A stretch of 61,869 nucleotides of DNA, filler included, from Candidatus Eiseniibacteriota bacterium (GTDB lineage Bacteria > Orphanbacterota > Orphanbacteria > Orphanbacterales > Orphanbacteraceae), in assembly GCA_043809585.1 (NCBI GenBank). It is 4 parts of 4 records of this genome, joined end to end, with 100 filler letters (N's around TTAATTAATTAA, not from the genome) between each part and the next. Parts side by side here need not be neighbours in the genome. Positions count along the whole stretch, not along the records: positions 1 to 27,836 come from JBDROZ010000067.1; positions 27,937 to 43,057 come from JBDROZ010000070.1; 2 more parts are not named here. One strand, 5' to 3'. The notes beneath the pieces were generated by a model. It made no database searches. It was not told where the DNA came from and was given only the letters and a program-made list of their open reading frames with translations. The position numbers were made by a program, and so were the translations under genes. This document shows positions 20,548-29,128 of this stretch, in pieces; position 1 is the stretch's first letter; every line of letters begins with the position of its first letter.

Positions 20548-21048
20548 GTGGAACGGGACGTCAAGGAAATGGCCGAGGGCGGCGAGGCGGGGGAGACCGC
20601 CACGGTGACGGCCGAAGGAACTCCGCGGGAAGCGGATGCGATCGGCGAAGCGGCGGCCGGAGAGGGCGGGGAAGAGACCGCCGGGCCCAGCGGCGACGAA
20701 GTGGGCGGGGATGCTTCCGCGGAGGAGGCCGGGGGAGGGCCGAGCGTGCAGCGGGCCGAGTTCGAGAAGCTCACTCCCCGCGAGGGGGTGACGCCGGGAG
20801 ACAACATCGACCTCCTCCTCGACGTGACGGTCCCGGTGACGGTCGAACTCGGTACGACGGAGATGTTCATCAAGGATGTCCTCGCCGTCGGTCCCGGGTC
20901 GGTGATCAGGCTCGACCGGGCCCTCGGCAAGCCCCTCGACATCCTCGTGAACGGGGAACTGGTCGGCCGGGGCGACGTCGTGGTGGTGGACGAGCAGTTC
21001 GGCGTCCGCGTCACGGAACTGATGAAGCCGGCGGCGAAGCGGAAGTAG
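20548..21048 (+). CDS. fliN: Flagellar switch protein FliN
   Basis: NIDLLLDVTVPVTVELG...GSVIRLDR...GDVVVVDEQFGVRV; acidic low-complexity N-terminus. Confidence 0.94.
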   Translation: MERDVKEMAEGGEAGETATVTAEGTPREADAIGEAAAGEGGEETAGPSGDEVGGDASAEEAGGGPSVQRAEFEKLTPREGVTPGDNIDLLLDVTVPVTVELGTTEMFIKDVLAVGPGSVIRLDRALGKPLDILVNGELVGRGDVVVVDEQFGVRVTELMKPAAKRK

Positions 21049-21056
21049 GAGGTCGC

Positions 21057-21563
21057 GTGAAGAAGAACCGGATGCTGCTGGTGCTCTTCCCGGTCCTCTG
21101 CGGGGCGGCGCTGCTCTTCTCGTGGGGGCCTCTCCACGGGGACGGACCCGCCGGAACGGTCGGGGACGGCGCGCCCGCCCTCGCGGGAGGCGGCCCCGAC
21201 GTGGGGGGTCTCGCGGCGAAGGTCGTCCTTTCGCTGGTCCTGATCGTCGTGCTGATCCTGGGCGCGTCCTACGCCGTCCGGTTCTTCGACGGCCGGGGGC
21301 CGGCGGGGCCGCGGGCGGGGAAAGTCCGCGTGCTCGACCGCTGCTTTCTCGCCCCCAAACGGGCGCTCTACACCGTGCGCATGGGCGACCGTGTGGTGGT
21401 GGTCGGCGTCACGGACCAGACGATCACCCCGGTGCTCGAGTTCTCGGAGGAAGAGGGGGAGAAGCTCTATCCCGAGCCGCCCCCCCCGGCGATGGAGGAA
21501 TCGGCGACTTTCGCGGGCGTGCTGAAGGGACTCACGGCTCGGATCGGAAGAACGCGAGGATAG
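21057..21563 (+). CDS. fliO: Flagellar biosynthesis protein FliO
   Basis: TM segment then VRVLDRCFLAPKRALYTVRMG..VVVVGVT; between fliN and fliP. Confidence 0.85.
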   Translation: MKKNRMLLVLFPVLCGAALLFSWGPLHGDGPAGTVGDGAPALAGGGPDVGGLAAKVVLSLVLIVVLILGASYAVRFFDGRGPAGPRAGKVRVLDRCFLAPKRALYTVRMGDRVVVVGVTDQTITPVLEFSEEEGEKLYPEPPPPAMEESATFAGVLKGLTARIGRTRG

Positions 21564-21565
21564 AC

Positions 21566-22348
21566 ATGACGCCAATGGGACGCACCGAAGGGAATCGAAC
21601 GCGTTCCCCGAAGCGATGGACGATCGTGCTCGCCGCCGCCGCGCTCCTTGCGCTCGCCGCGGCGCCCGCCTTCGCCATCCCCCAGATCAACTTGCAGGTC
21701 GGGGACGACGGGGACCCGTCCGGTCTCCCGATGACGCTCAAGATCGTCCTCTTCATGACCGTGCTCTCCCTGGCGCCGGCCTTCGCCGTGCTCGTCACCT
21801 CGTTCACGCGAATCGTGGTCGTCTTCTCGTTCCTGAAGCACGCCATCGGCCAGCAGCAGATGCCGCCGAACCAGATCATCATCGGCCTCGCCCTCTTCCT
21901 GACCGTCTTCATCATGGCGCCGGTCTGGCAGCAGGTGAACGAGACGGCGATCCAGCCCCTCTCGGCGGGGGAGATCGAGGAAGGGGAGGCGTGGAACCGT
22001 GCCATGAAGCCGGTCCGGGAGTTCATGTTCCACCACACCCGGGAGAAGGACCTCGGCCTCTTCTTGGGGATCGCCGGTCTCGGGCCGGTCGAAACGAGGG
22101 ACGAGGTGCCCACCCATATCGTGGTGCCCGCCTTCGTCGTGAGCGAGCTGACCACGGCGTTCCAGATCGGCTTCCTGCTGTTCATCCCGTTTCTGGTCAT
22201 CGACATGGTCGTGGCGAGCGTTCTCATGTCCATGGGCATGATGATGCTCCCCCCGATCATGATCTCCATGCCGTTCAAGATCCTGCTCTTCGTCATGGTG
22301 GACGGCTGGTACCTGATCGTGCAGTCCCTGGTGACGAGTTTCGGATAG
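21566..22348 (+). CDS. fliP: Flagellar export gate protein FliP
   Basis: TSFTRIVVV, QQMPPNQ, PAFVVSEL, MGMMMLPP, PFKILLFVMVDGW. Confidence 0.97.
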   Translation: MTPMGRTEGNRTRSPKRWTIVLAAAALLALAAAPAFAIPQINLQVGDDGDPSGLPMTLKIVLFMTVLSLAPAFAVLVTSFTRIVVVFSFLKHAIGQQQMPPNQIIIGLALFLTVFIMAPVWQQVNETAIQPLSAGEIEEGEAWNRAMKPVREFMFHHTREKDLGLFLGIAGLGPVETRDEVPTHIVVPAFVVSELTTAFQIGFLLFIPFLVIDMVVASVLMSMGMMMLPPIMISMPFKILLFVMVDGWYLIVQSLVTSFG

Positions 22349-22369
22349 GCGGAAGGGAGGAGGAAGGCC

Positions 22370-22639
22370 GTGACCGAAGAGATGCTGATTCACCTGGGCA
22401 GGGACGCGCTCATGACCGCCCTCGCCGTGGCGGGCCCGCTGCTTGCGGTGGGCCTCATCGTGGGGGTCGCGATCAGCGTCCTCCAGGCGGTGACACAGAT
22501 CCAGGAGGCGACGCTCAGCTTCGTGCCGAAGATCCTCGCCGTGGCGGTGGCCTTCCTGGTGTGCATGCCCTGGATGATCCAGAAGTTGGTGAAGTTCACC
22601 ACCTTCCTTTTCGGCGACTTCCGGATGTTCATCCGCTAG
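22370..22639 (+). CDS. fliQ: Flagellar export gate protein FliQ
   Basis: LQAVTQIQEATLSFVPKI signature. Confidence 0.97.
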   Translation: MTEEMLIHLGRDALMTALAVAGPLLAVGLIVGVAISVLQAVTQIQEATLSFVPKILAVAVAFLVCMPWMIQKLVKFTTFLFGDFRMFIR

Positions 22640-22666
22640 GCCGCCCGCCCGGAGGAGAGACCGGAG

Positions 22667-23446
22667 ATGAACTCGATCGACCGGCTCGCGACGGACCTGC
22701 CCGTCTTCCTGCTCGCGGGAACGCGTGTGGGGGGAGTTCTCATGCTGCTTCCGGTCTTCGGGCGGGGGGCCATCCCCGGCGTGCACCGGGTGTGGATGAC
22801 CATTCTCCTCTCGCTCCTCCTCTTCCCCCTGGCCGCGCCGGGAGGGGTCCCGGAGGCGGTGGGCGCCGGATACATCCCCCTCGTGGCGCGGGAGCTCTCG
22901 GTGGGGATGCTCCTCGGATTCACGGTCCTCCTCTTCCTGGAGTCCGCCAAGTACGCGGGCCGGATTGCGGGCGTTCACATCGGCTTCGGCCTCGCGAACG
23001 TGATCGATCCGGTGACGGAGGAGCAGAACACGCTGATCGACCAGCTTCAGGGCATGATGGTGCTCGTTCTCTTTCTCCTCCTCGGCGGGCACAGGGCGGC
23101 GCTCCTCGCCCTCGGCAAGAGCTTCCAAATCGTCCCGCTGGGGCAGGGGTCCATTTCCCCGGGCCTGGCGGAAGGGCTGGTCCGCCTCTTCTGCCAGATG
23201 ATCGTTCTCGGCGTCCAGATCGCGGCCCCGGTGCTGGCGAGCGTCTTCCTCACGGAGTCGGTGATCGGCGTTCTCTCCCGGGGCGTGCCGCAGATGAACA
23301 TCTTCACCGTCGGGCTGGCACTCCGGATCGTGGTGGGGATCCTGGTGCTCATGGCGACCATGCCGGTCTTCGTGAGTCTCATGCGGGGGGCGATCGAATC
23401 GATCCCCCTCGAGCTGCACGGGCTGCTCGGGCAGCTCGCTCCCTAG
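22667..23446 (+). CDS. fliR: Flagellar export gate protein FliR
   Basis: Multi-TM; GFGLANVIDP, GVLSRGVPQMNIF. Confidence 0.94.
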   Translation: MNSIDRLATDLPVFLLAGTRVGGVLMLLPVFGRGAIPGVHRVWMTILLSLLLFPLAAPGGVPEAVGAGYIPLVARELSVGMLLGFTVLLFLESAKYAGRIAGVHIGFGLANVIDPVTEEQNTLIDQLQGMMVLVLFLLLGGHRAALLALGKSFQIVPLGQGSISPGLAEGLVRLFCQMIVLGVQIAAPVLASVFLTESVIGVLSRGVPQMNIFTVGLALRIVVGILVLMATMPVFVSLMRGAIESIPLELHGLLGQLAP

Positions 23447-23461
23447 GGAAGGGTCGGGGAA

Positions 23462-24538
23462 TTGTCGGAGTCGAAGCACGAACGGACAGAGAAGCCGAGC
23501 CATCGAAAGCAACAGAAGGCCCGGCGGAAGGGCCAGGTCGTCCGTTCGAACGAGCTCAAGTCGGCCGTCATGATCCTGGCCGGAGCCATGGTGCTCAAGT
23601 TCAGCGGGCCGTGGATGAAGGAAGAGATGCTCCGGAAGTTCGCGTGGGCCATCGAGGAGTCCGCCCGGACCCCGGTGACGGCGGAGACGGCGCCCGGCAT
23701 CATCGAGGCGTGGATCCGCTGGGCCGGCGTTCTGCTCTCGCCCACGTTTCTCGTGCTCGGCGCCGTGGGGATCGCCGTGAACCTCTTCATCTCGGGGGGC
23801 CTCGTGATCAGCTCTCAAGGGATCGCGTTCAATCCGGGCAAGCTCAACCCGATCACGGGGGCGGGAAGGCTCCTCTCGGGCAAGGTCTTCTTCAAGCTCG
23901 CCGTGGACGGCGTAAAGCTCGTCCTCATCGGCCTGGTCTGTTTCCACGCGCTCAAGGGGGCGGTCCCGGTCCTCCTCGAGCATGTCGACGTGGGACTGGA
24001 CTACGTCTTCTCGAACGCGAGCGGTTTCGCCCTCTCGATCCTCGTGAAGGCGAGTCTCGTCCTTCTCCTTCTCGGCATCGTCGATTTCGCCTACCAGAGG
24101 CGGAGCCACACGAAGGACCTGATGATGTCGAAGCGGGAGGTGAAGGACGAGTACAAGGAGACGGAGGGGGATCCGATCATCAAGGGGCGCATCCGGTCCG
24201 CCCAGAGGGATCTGGCGCGCCGGCGGATGATGCAGGCAGTGCCGGAGGCGACGGTGGTGCTCACGAACCCGACGGAGATCGCCGTGGCCCTCAAGTACGA
24301 TCCGGACGACATGGACGCCCCGAGGGTCGTGGCCAAGGGCAAGCGCCTGCTGGCCCAGCGGATCCGGCGGATCGCCGAGGAAAACGGCATCCCCGTGGTG
24401 GAGAACAAGCCTCTCGCCCGGTCCATCTACAAGCTCGTGGAGGTCGGCGGGGAGATTCCCGGCCATCTCTACCGGGCGGTGGCCGAAGTGCTGAGCTACG
24501 TGTACCGGCTGCGAGGGCGGACGAGCCCGCTCGGATAA
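23462..24538 (+). CDS. flhB: Flagellar export switch protein FlhB
   Basis: RTEKPS, EVKDEYKETEGDP, NPTE autocleavage loop, APRVVAKG; TTG start. Confidence 0.96.
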   Translation: MSESKHERTEKPSHRKQQKARRKGQVVRSNELKSAVMILAGAMVLKFSGPWMKEEMLRKFAWAIEESARTPVTAETAPGIIEAWIRWAGVLLSPTFLVLGAVGIAVNLFISGGLVISSQGIAFNPGKLNPITGAGRLLSGKVFFKLAVDGVKLVLIGLVCFHALKGAVPVLLEHVDVGLDYVFSNASGFALSILVKASLVLLLLGIVDFAYQRRSHTKDLMMSKREVKDEYKETEGDPIIKGRIRSAQRDLARRRMMQAVPEATVVLTNPTEIAVALKYDPDDMDAPRVVAKGKRLLAQRIRRIAEENGIPVVENKPLARSIYKLVEVGGEIPGHLYRAVAEVLSYVYRLRGRTSPLG

Positions 24539-24565
24539 GCGTCGCGGAAGGGAAGGGATACCAAG

Positions 24566-26680
24566 TTGGCCCAGACGAAGGAAACGACCGGCGGCGGATT
24601 CTCGATCGCGAACCACCCGGACGTGATGCTCGCCGTCGGAGTGATCGGGATCATCGGGGTGATGATCATCCCCCTCCCGACGTTCCTGATGGACATCCTC
24701 CTCACGTTCAACCTCTCGTTCTCTCTCGTGGTGCTCGTGAACGCCCTCTACGTGAGCGCGCCGCTCCAGCTCTCCGTTTTCCCGAGTCTCATGCTCGTGG
24801 TCACCCTCTTCCGGCTCGCCCTGAACGTGGCCACCACCCGGCTCATCCTGGGGCAGGCCTTCGCGGGAAACGTGATCTCCGCCTTCGGCAGCTTCGTGGT
24901 GAAGGACAATTACGTGGTCGGTTTCGTGATCTTCGTGATCCTCGTGGTGATCCAGTACCTGGTGATCGTGCGGGGCACGGAGCGGAACGCGGAGGTGGGG
25001 GCCCGGTTCACCCTCGACGCGATGCCGGGCAAGCAGATGAGCATCGACGCCGACTTGAACGCGGGCCTCATCAACGAGGAGGAAGCGCTCCGCCGCCGGG
25101 AGGAGCTCTCCCGGGAGGCGAACTTCTACGGGGCCATGGACGGCGCCGCCAAGTTCGTGCGGGGCGACGCCATCGCGGGTATCGTGATCACCCTGGTCAA
25201 CATCCTCGCCGGTTTCGCCGTCGGCATGGCCCAGATGGGCATGTCCCCCGGCGAGTCGCTGCGCACCTATACACGCCTCACCATCGGCGACGGGCTGGTC
25301 AGTCAGATCCCGGCCCTCATCATCGCCACATCCGCCGGCATCGTGGTCAGCCGGGCCGCCGGCGAGTCCCGGCTCGGCCAGGAGATCGGCAAGGAGCTCT
25401 TCTCGAAGCGGAAGCCGCTGTTCATCGTGGCCGGGACCCTCACGGCCCTCGCGATCACGCCCGGACTGCCGACGGTGCCCCTCCTCATCCTCGCCGGCGT
25501 TCTCCTCATGATCACCCGGATCGGCCGGAAGGAGGAGAGGGCCGCCGCCGAGGCGAAAGAGGTTCTTCCGGCCCCGGCGGTGGAAGAGAAGCCGGAGGAT
25601 TTTCTCAAGGTGGACCGCCTCGAGGTGGCGATCGGGTACGGTCTCATCCCGCTCATGGACGAAGAGGGGGGAAGCGACTTCCTCGACCGGGTCGTCGCCA
25701 TGCGCCGGATGGTGGCGAGCGAGCTCGGGCTGATCGTCCCCCGGATCCGGGTGCGGGACGACATCCGCCTGAAGCCGGACGACTACGAGATCCGGATCCG
25801 CGGTCACCGGGTCGCCCGGGGAGAACTCCGCATCGGCCACCACCTCGCCATGGGCGCGAAGGAGGGGCTCGCCTCGATCGAGGGGGGCGAGGCGAAGGAA
25901 CCGGCCTTCGGCCTCGACGCGAAGTGGATCACCCAGGAGGTCAAGGCGGCGGCGGAGGACGCGGGGCTCACCGTGGTCGGCGCGAGCGTGGTTCTCGCCA
26001 CCCACCTGACCGAGGTGATCAAGAGCCACGCATGGGAGATCATGACCCGCCAGGACGTCCAAGTCCTCCTCGACGAGCTGAAGAAGGAGAGCCCGGCGGC
26101 GGTGAAGGACGTGGTGCCGGAGGTCGTTTCCCTCGGCACGGTCCACCGGGTGCTCCAGAACCTCCTGAAGGAGCGGGTGCCGGTCCGCGACCTCGGGGCG
26201 ATCCTCGAGACCCTCGGCGACTTCGCGCCCCAGGTGAAGGAGGTGGACCTCCTCACGGAGTACGTCCGGGCGTCGCTCGGCCGCCCCATCAGCGAGGCAA
26301 GCGTCGGTCCCGACCGCAAGCTCCGGGTCATCTCGATGGATCCGGCCCTCGAGCACGTCGTGATGCAGTCGATGCGGGACGGGGCGTCTCTCGCCGTCGG
26401 ACTCCCCGCGGCGGAAACGCAGAGATTGCTCCGAAACCTCGAGACTTTGGTCAAAACGGCCCTGCAGGGCAATCAGAGGGTCGCCCTTCTCACGGCTCCC
26501 CAGGTGAGACTCGCCATGCGGCGGCTGACGGAGGCCTCCTTCCCCACCCTGCCGGTGCTCTCCTATCACGAGATCGCCCCGGATGTCGATGTTTACAGTG
26601 TAGGGAGTCTCACGCTCGAGGAACGCCGTAACCGCGCGGGCGCCGTACCCCGGGAGGAGCCGCTGCCCGCCGCAACGTAA
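24566..26680 (+). CDS. flhA: Flagellar export protein FlhA
   Basis: LFRLALNVATTRLIL, AEVGARFTLDAMPGKQMSIDADL, FYGAMDGA.KFVRGDAIAG. Confidence 0.97.
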   Translation: MAQTKETTGGGFSIANHPDVMLAVGVIGIIGVMIIPLPTFLMDILLTFNLSFSLVVLVNALYVSAPLQLSVFPSLMLVVTLFRLALNVATTRLILGQAFAGNVISAFGSFVVKDNYVVGFVIFVILVVIQYLVIVRGTERNAEVGARFTLDAMPGKQMSIDADLNAGLINEEEALRRREELSREANFYGAMDGAAKFVRGDAIAGIVITLVNILAGFAVGMAQMGMSPGESLRTYTRLTIGDGLVSQIPALIIATSAGIVVSRAAGESRLGQEIGKELFSKRKPLFIVAGTLTALAITPGLPTVPLLILAGVLLMITRIGRKEERAAAEAKEVLPAPAVEEKPEDFLKVDRLEVAIGYGLIPLMDEEGGSDFLDRVVAMRRMVASELGLIVPRIRVRDDIRLKPDDYEIRIRGHRVARGELRIGHHLAMGAKEGLASIEGGEAKEPAFGLDAKWITQEVKAAAEDAGLTVVGASVVLATHLTEVIKSHAWEIMTRQDVQVLLDELKKESPAAVKDVVPEVVSLGTVHRVLQNLLKERVPVRDLGAILETLGDFAPQVKEVDLLTEYVRASLGRPISEASVGPDRKLRVISMDPALEHVVMQSMRDGASLAVGLPAAETQRLLRNLETLVKTALQGNQRVALLTAPQVRLAMRRLTEASFPTLPVLSYHEIAPDVDVYSVGSLTLEERRNRAGAVPREEPLPAAT

Positions 26681-26686
26681 AAAGAA

Positions 26687-27433
26687 GTGCCAAAATCCAT
26701 GACCCCGACGATCCAATCGAATCCGTACGTGCAGGTGGCCCAAGCGGAGCGGGAACAGAGGATCCTCTCCCACTTGCCCCTCGTCAGGCGGATCGCCCAC
26801 GCCCTCGGAGCCCGTCTCCCCCGGCGCATCGACCTGGCGGACGTGGTGAGCGCCGGCACGGTCGGCCTGATTCGCGCCGTGGACCGCTTCGACGAAAGCC
26901 GCGGTCTCCCTCTCGAAACCTATGCGGGCCGATGCATCCGGCAGTCCATTCTCGGCTTTCTCCGTTCCCTCGATCCGCTCCCCTATTCGACGCGCGTCAA
27001 GATCCGCCGCCTGGAAGCATCGGCCGGCCGTCTCCAAGGGGCGCTCGGGAGGATGCCGACGGACGAAGAGATCGGGGAGGAGATCGGGATGGACGCCGCG
27101 GAAGTGTCGAACCTGATGGCACAGGCGACTTCGCTCGCCCTCTTCTCCTGGAGCGAGAACGGCGACCGGCGTCCCGAAAAGACGGGGGACGGGGGGGAGT
27201 CGGACACGGTTCTCGACGTGATCGAACGCCAGGAGATCCGGGACATTCTCGCCTCGCGGGTCCGCGATTTGCCCCGAACGGAGCGGACGGTGCTCATGCT
27301 CTATTACTACGAGGGGCTCAAGATGAAGGAGATCGGGGAATTGTTCGGCGTCACGGAATCGCGCATTTCCCAGATCCATGGCAAGGCTTTGACGGTTCTT
27401 CGGGCCCATCTCCGAAGGATCCTTGAATCGTGA
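26687..27433 (+). CDS. fliA: FliA/WhiG-family RNA polymerase sigma factor (divergent region 2.4)
   Basis: LPLVRRIA, GLIRAVDRFD, region 4 LYYYEGLKMKEIGELFGVTESRISQIH; end of flagellar operon. Confidence 0.9.
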   Translation: MPKSMTPTIQSNPYVQVAQAEREQRILSHLPLVRRIAHALGARLPRRIDLADVVSAGTVGLIRAVDRFDESRGLPLETYAGRCIRQSILGFLRSLDPLPYSTRVKIRRLEASAGRLQGALGRMPTDEEIGEEIGMDAAEVSNLMAQATSLALFSWSENGDRRPEKTGDGGESDTVLDVIERQEIRDILASRVRDLPRTERTVLMLYYYEGLKMKEIGELFGVTESRISQIHGKALTVLRAHLRRILES

Positions 27434-27443
27434 GGTGTGAGCC

Positions 27444-27701
27444 GTGTGTCCCGACTCGGTGGAGATGCCCAAGCGGCCCAGGCGGCCGGACCCCGTTTCC
27501 CGGGTAAGCCGGACGAGTAAGAAGGGCCGCGAGAAAGAACCGGAGCGGGAGTTCGAGGAACTCGTGGACGAGCGGTCCCGGCAGCACGAGAAGGAAGAGG
27601 AGCCGGCAGACCCCGGGGAGGAGGCCGGCACGGAAGACCCCGCCGGGCCGAGGCCGGGCAAGAGCCCGGTCCGGGGGAAGAGGCTCGACCTGCTCGTCTA
27701 G
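27444..27701 (+). CDS. Small charged hypothetical protein with C-terminal GxxLD motif
   Basis: GTG after GAGGTG directly downstream of fliA; ends RGKRLDLLV; stop codon lies in the MITE CTAG. Confidence 0.55.
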   Translation: MCPDSVEMPKRPRRPDPVSRVSRTSKKGREKEPEREFEELVDERSRQHEKEEEPADPGEEAGTEDPAGPRPGKSPVRGKRLDLLV

Positions 27702-27836
27702 CCTGGATTATGCATGAATCTCCGTCACGAGGGCTCGGATCGCCTGACGAGAAGCCGACTTGGACGAGCCGCCACCGGAGGCGTAGTCATGCACTACGTC
27801 GAGGAGGCGGCGACGGAAAGGAGGCTTCGCAGGCGG
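27698..27836 (-). mobile_element. MITE family A copy, cut by contig end (inverted relative to the 40439 and 47987 copies)
   Basis: CTAG+CCTGGATTATGCATGAATCTCC terminal repeat; reverse complement matches the 47987-48169 element. Confidence 0.88.
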
Positions 27837-27936
27837 NNNNNNNNNNNNNNNNNNNNNNNNNNNNNNNNNNNNNNNNNNNNTTAATTAATTAANNNNNNNN
27901 NNNNNNNNNNNNNNNNNNNNNNNNNNNNNNNNNNNN
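27837..27936. other. Artificial contig linker
   Basis: N run containing TTAATTAATTAA (stops in all six frames). Confidence 0.98.
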
Positions 27937-27937
27937 G

Positions 27938-28003
27938 GTGTACTTCTACCGTCTTCAGGCGGGGGAGTTCTCCGAGTCGAAGCGGATGACGCTGATTCGG
28001 TAG
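27938..28003 (+). CDS. 3' end of a secreted protein with FlgD-Ig/T9SS type A-like C-terminal domain (partial)
   Basis: Translates VYFYRLQAGEFSESKRMTLIR*, matching the tails ending at 53484 and 56131. Confidence 0.8.
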   Translation: MYFYRLQAGEFSESKRMTLIR

Positions 28004-28042
28004 GGAAGAACGGGCGCGCGTGAAGCGCGCGATCGAGATCGT

Positions 28043-28074
28043 GCCCGGCCGGGAATCCCCGGCCGGGCTTTTCT
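28043..28074 (+). terminator. Rho-independent terminator
   Basis: GCCCGGCCGGG-AATC-CCCGGCCGGGC followed by TTTTCT. Confidence 0.75.
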
Positions 28075-28288
28075 GTCCGTGAACCGGGGGGAGGGGGGGG
28101 GGATGGCGGCTTTAATTCTAGAGTCGCCGGATGCTCGGATCCGGCTGCGGGGCTTGCCCGTCTCGTCGCTCGCTAGGGAAGCCCGCTTCCGCTGGGCAAA
28201 CGCTCGCGAGAGACAGGCGGCGCCCCGGCCACCAAGCACCGGCGACGGAATCTCGGAGGCGCCGCCGAAACCCCATCCGCTCTCCTCT

Positions 28289-28382
28289 CCGTTCGTCCCG
28301 AGTGCCGCCTGGTCCCCCGGGCGGTGTATCGAAGCCTGTCCTCAGTAGGACCGAAGGTCCGTATCGAAGGGGATGAACAGGG
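28289..28382. repeat. Nested REP-like palindromes
   Basis: Outer CCGTTCGTCCCGAGTGCCGCC...GGCGGTGTATCGA...GGATGAACAGG with inner unit 28338-28371, which recurs at 58951-58984. Confidence 0.6.
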
Positions 28383-28551
28383 GAAAGGCAAGAAACAACG
28401 CGCGCACGTAGAGGGGGAGGGAGAGACGTCCGCCCACCCGGGCTCTTCGGGCTCCTCACCAGTCTCACCGCGCTTGGTACTCCCGGCGGGGTGGGGGGCG
28501 GCTCCGGGAGGGATAGAGGGGCGGACTTGAACGCTCGTCGTGCTGCGGGAG

Positions 28552-28746
28552 TCAACCTTGATCTTTCATAAAATCTCGAGATCCAACGCGTGAGAGTGCG
28601 TCAGCCGGGGCCGCACGTAGCCCGAACCATGGGGAGCTTATTTCACAATACGTGAGCCTTGGTGAGGGCGAGTACGGTTCCGGATGGCGTGCTGGCACGC
28701 GAGCGATAGCGTTTTGAGCCGAGATTTTATGAAAGATCAAGGTCAA
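28552..28746 (+). mobile_element. MITE family B, complete (187 bp plus TCAA duplication)
   Basis: Perfect 23-bp TIR CCTTGATCTTTCATAAAATCTCG; TCAA direct repeat on both sides; second copy at 32641. Confidence 0.9.
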
Positions 28747-29019
28747 CCCTCCCATTCTCCGGGCTCGTAGAAGAGGCGTCGCGAAGGACGGCAACAACTC
28801 CCCGGTTATGCCCCCATCCCTCCCGAAGCCGATTCCCCGCCCCGCCGATTCCCCCCCCTCGTAGGGCTTCGGAGTGAGCCCCAATCCTCCCCAAAAGGTC
28901 CCAAAACGCCCGGTTCTTGGCCATTTGTTCTGAAAGCGTTGCAAGTGGTGCAATAACCTGTTGGGGAAGAAGGGGTTCCGTTGATTCTCTTATGAAGATC
29001 AAACTAGCTAAGTTTAGTA

Positions 29020-29048
29020 TGGACAAATGGTTACGGGTATGGTACCCT
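29020..29048 (+). promoter_or_regulatory. Candidate sigma-70 promoter for the C25 peptidase
   Basis: TGGACA-17bp-TACCCT with extended -10 TG in an AT-rich patch about 80 nt before the ATG. Confidence 0.45.
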
Positions 29049-29128
29049 ATTCGCGATCACTCGGATGACAGCTCACCGAACCTCCGGAGGTGGCGGAGCG
29101 CCCCCCCCGGAGCCTGCAGGGGGTCTTG

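Noticed and set aside
6597-26680. Calling the cluster a non-flagellar injectisome
   Set aside because: Rod, hook, hook-cap, FliK, FliL and FliG are flagellar-type; no secretin or needle gene is seen.
27710-27892. Small ORFs within MITE copies (also 40339-40611, 47876-48073, 61522-61743)
   Set aside because: Incidental frames in non-coding repeats with no transposase motifs.
27837-27936. TTAATTAATTAA repeated three times in N runs
   Set aside because: Artificial six-frame-stop scaffold linker; no biological adjacency across it.
28410-28470. GGGAGAGAC...GTCTC stem resembling a glycine riboswitch or tRNA fragment
   Set aside because: Core motifs absent, no cloverleaf, no suitable downstream gene.
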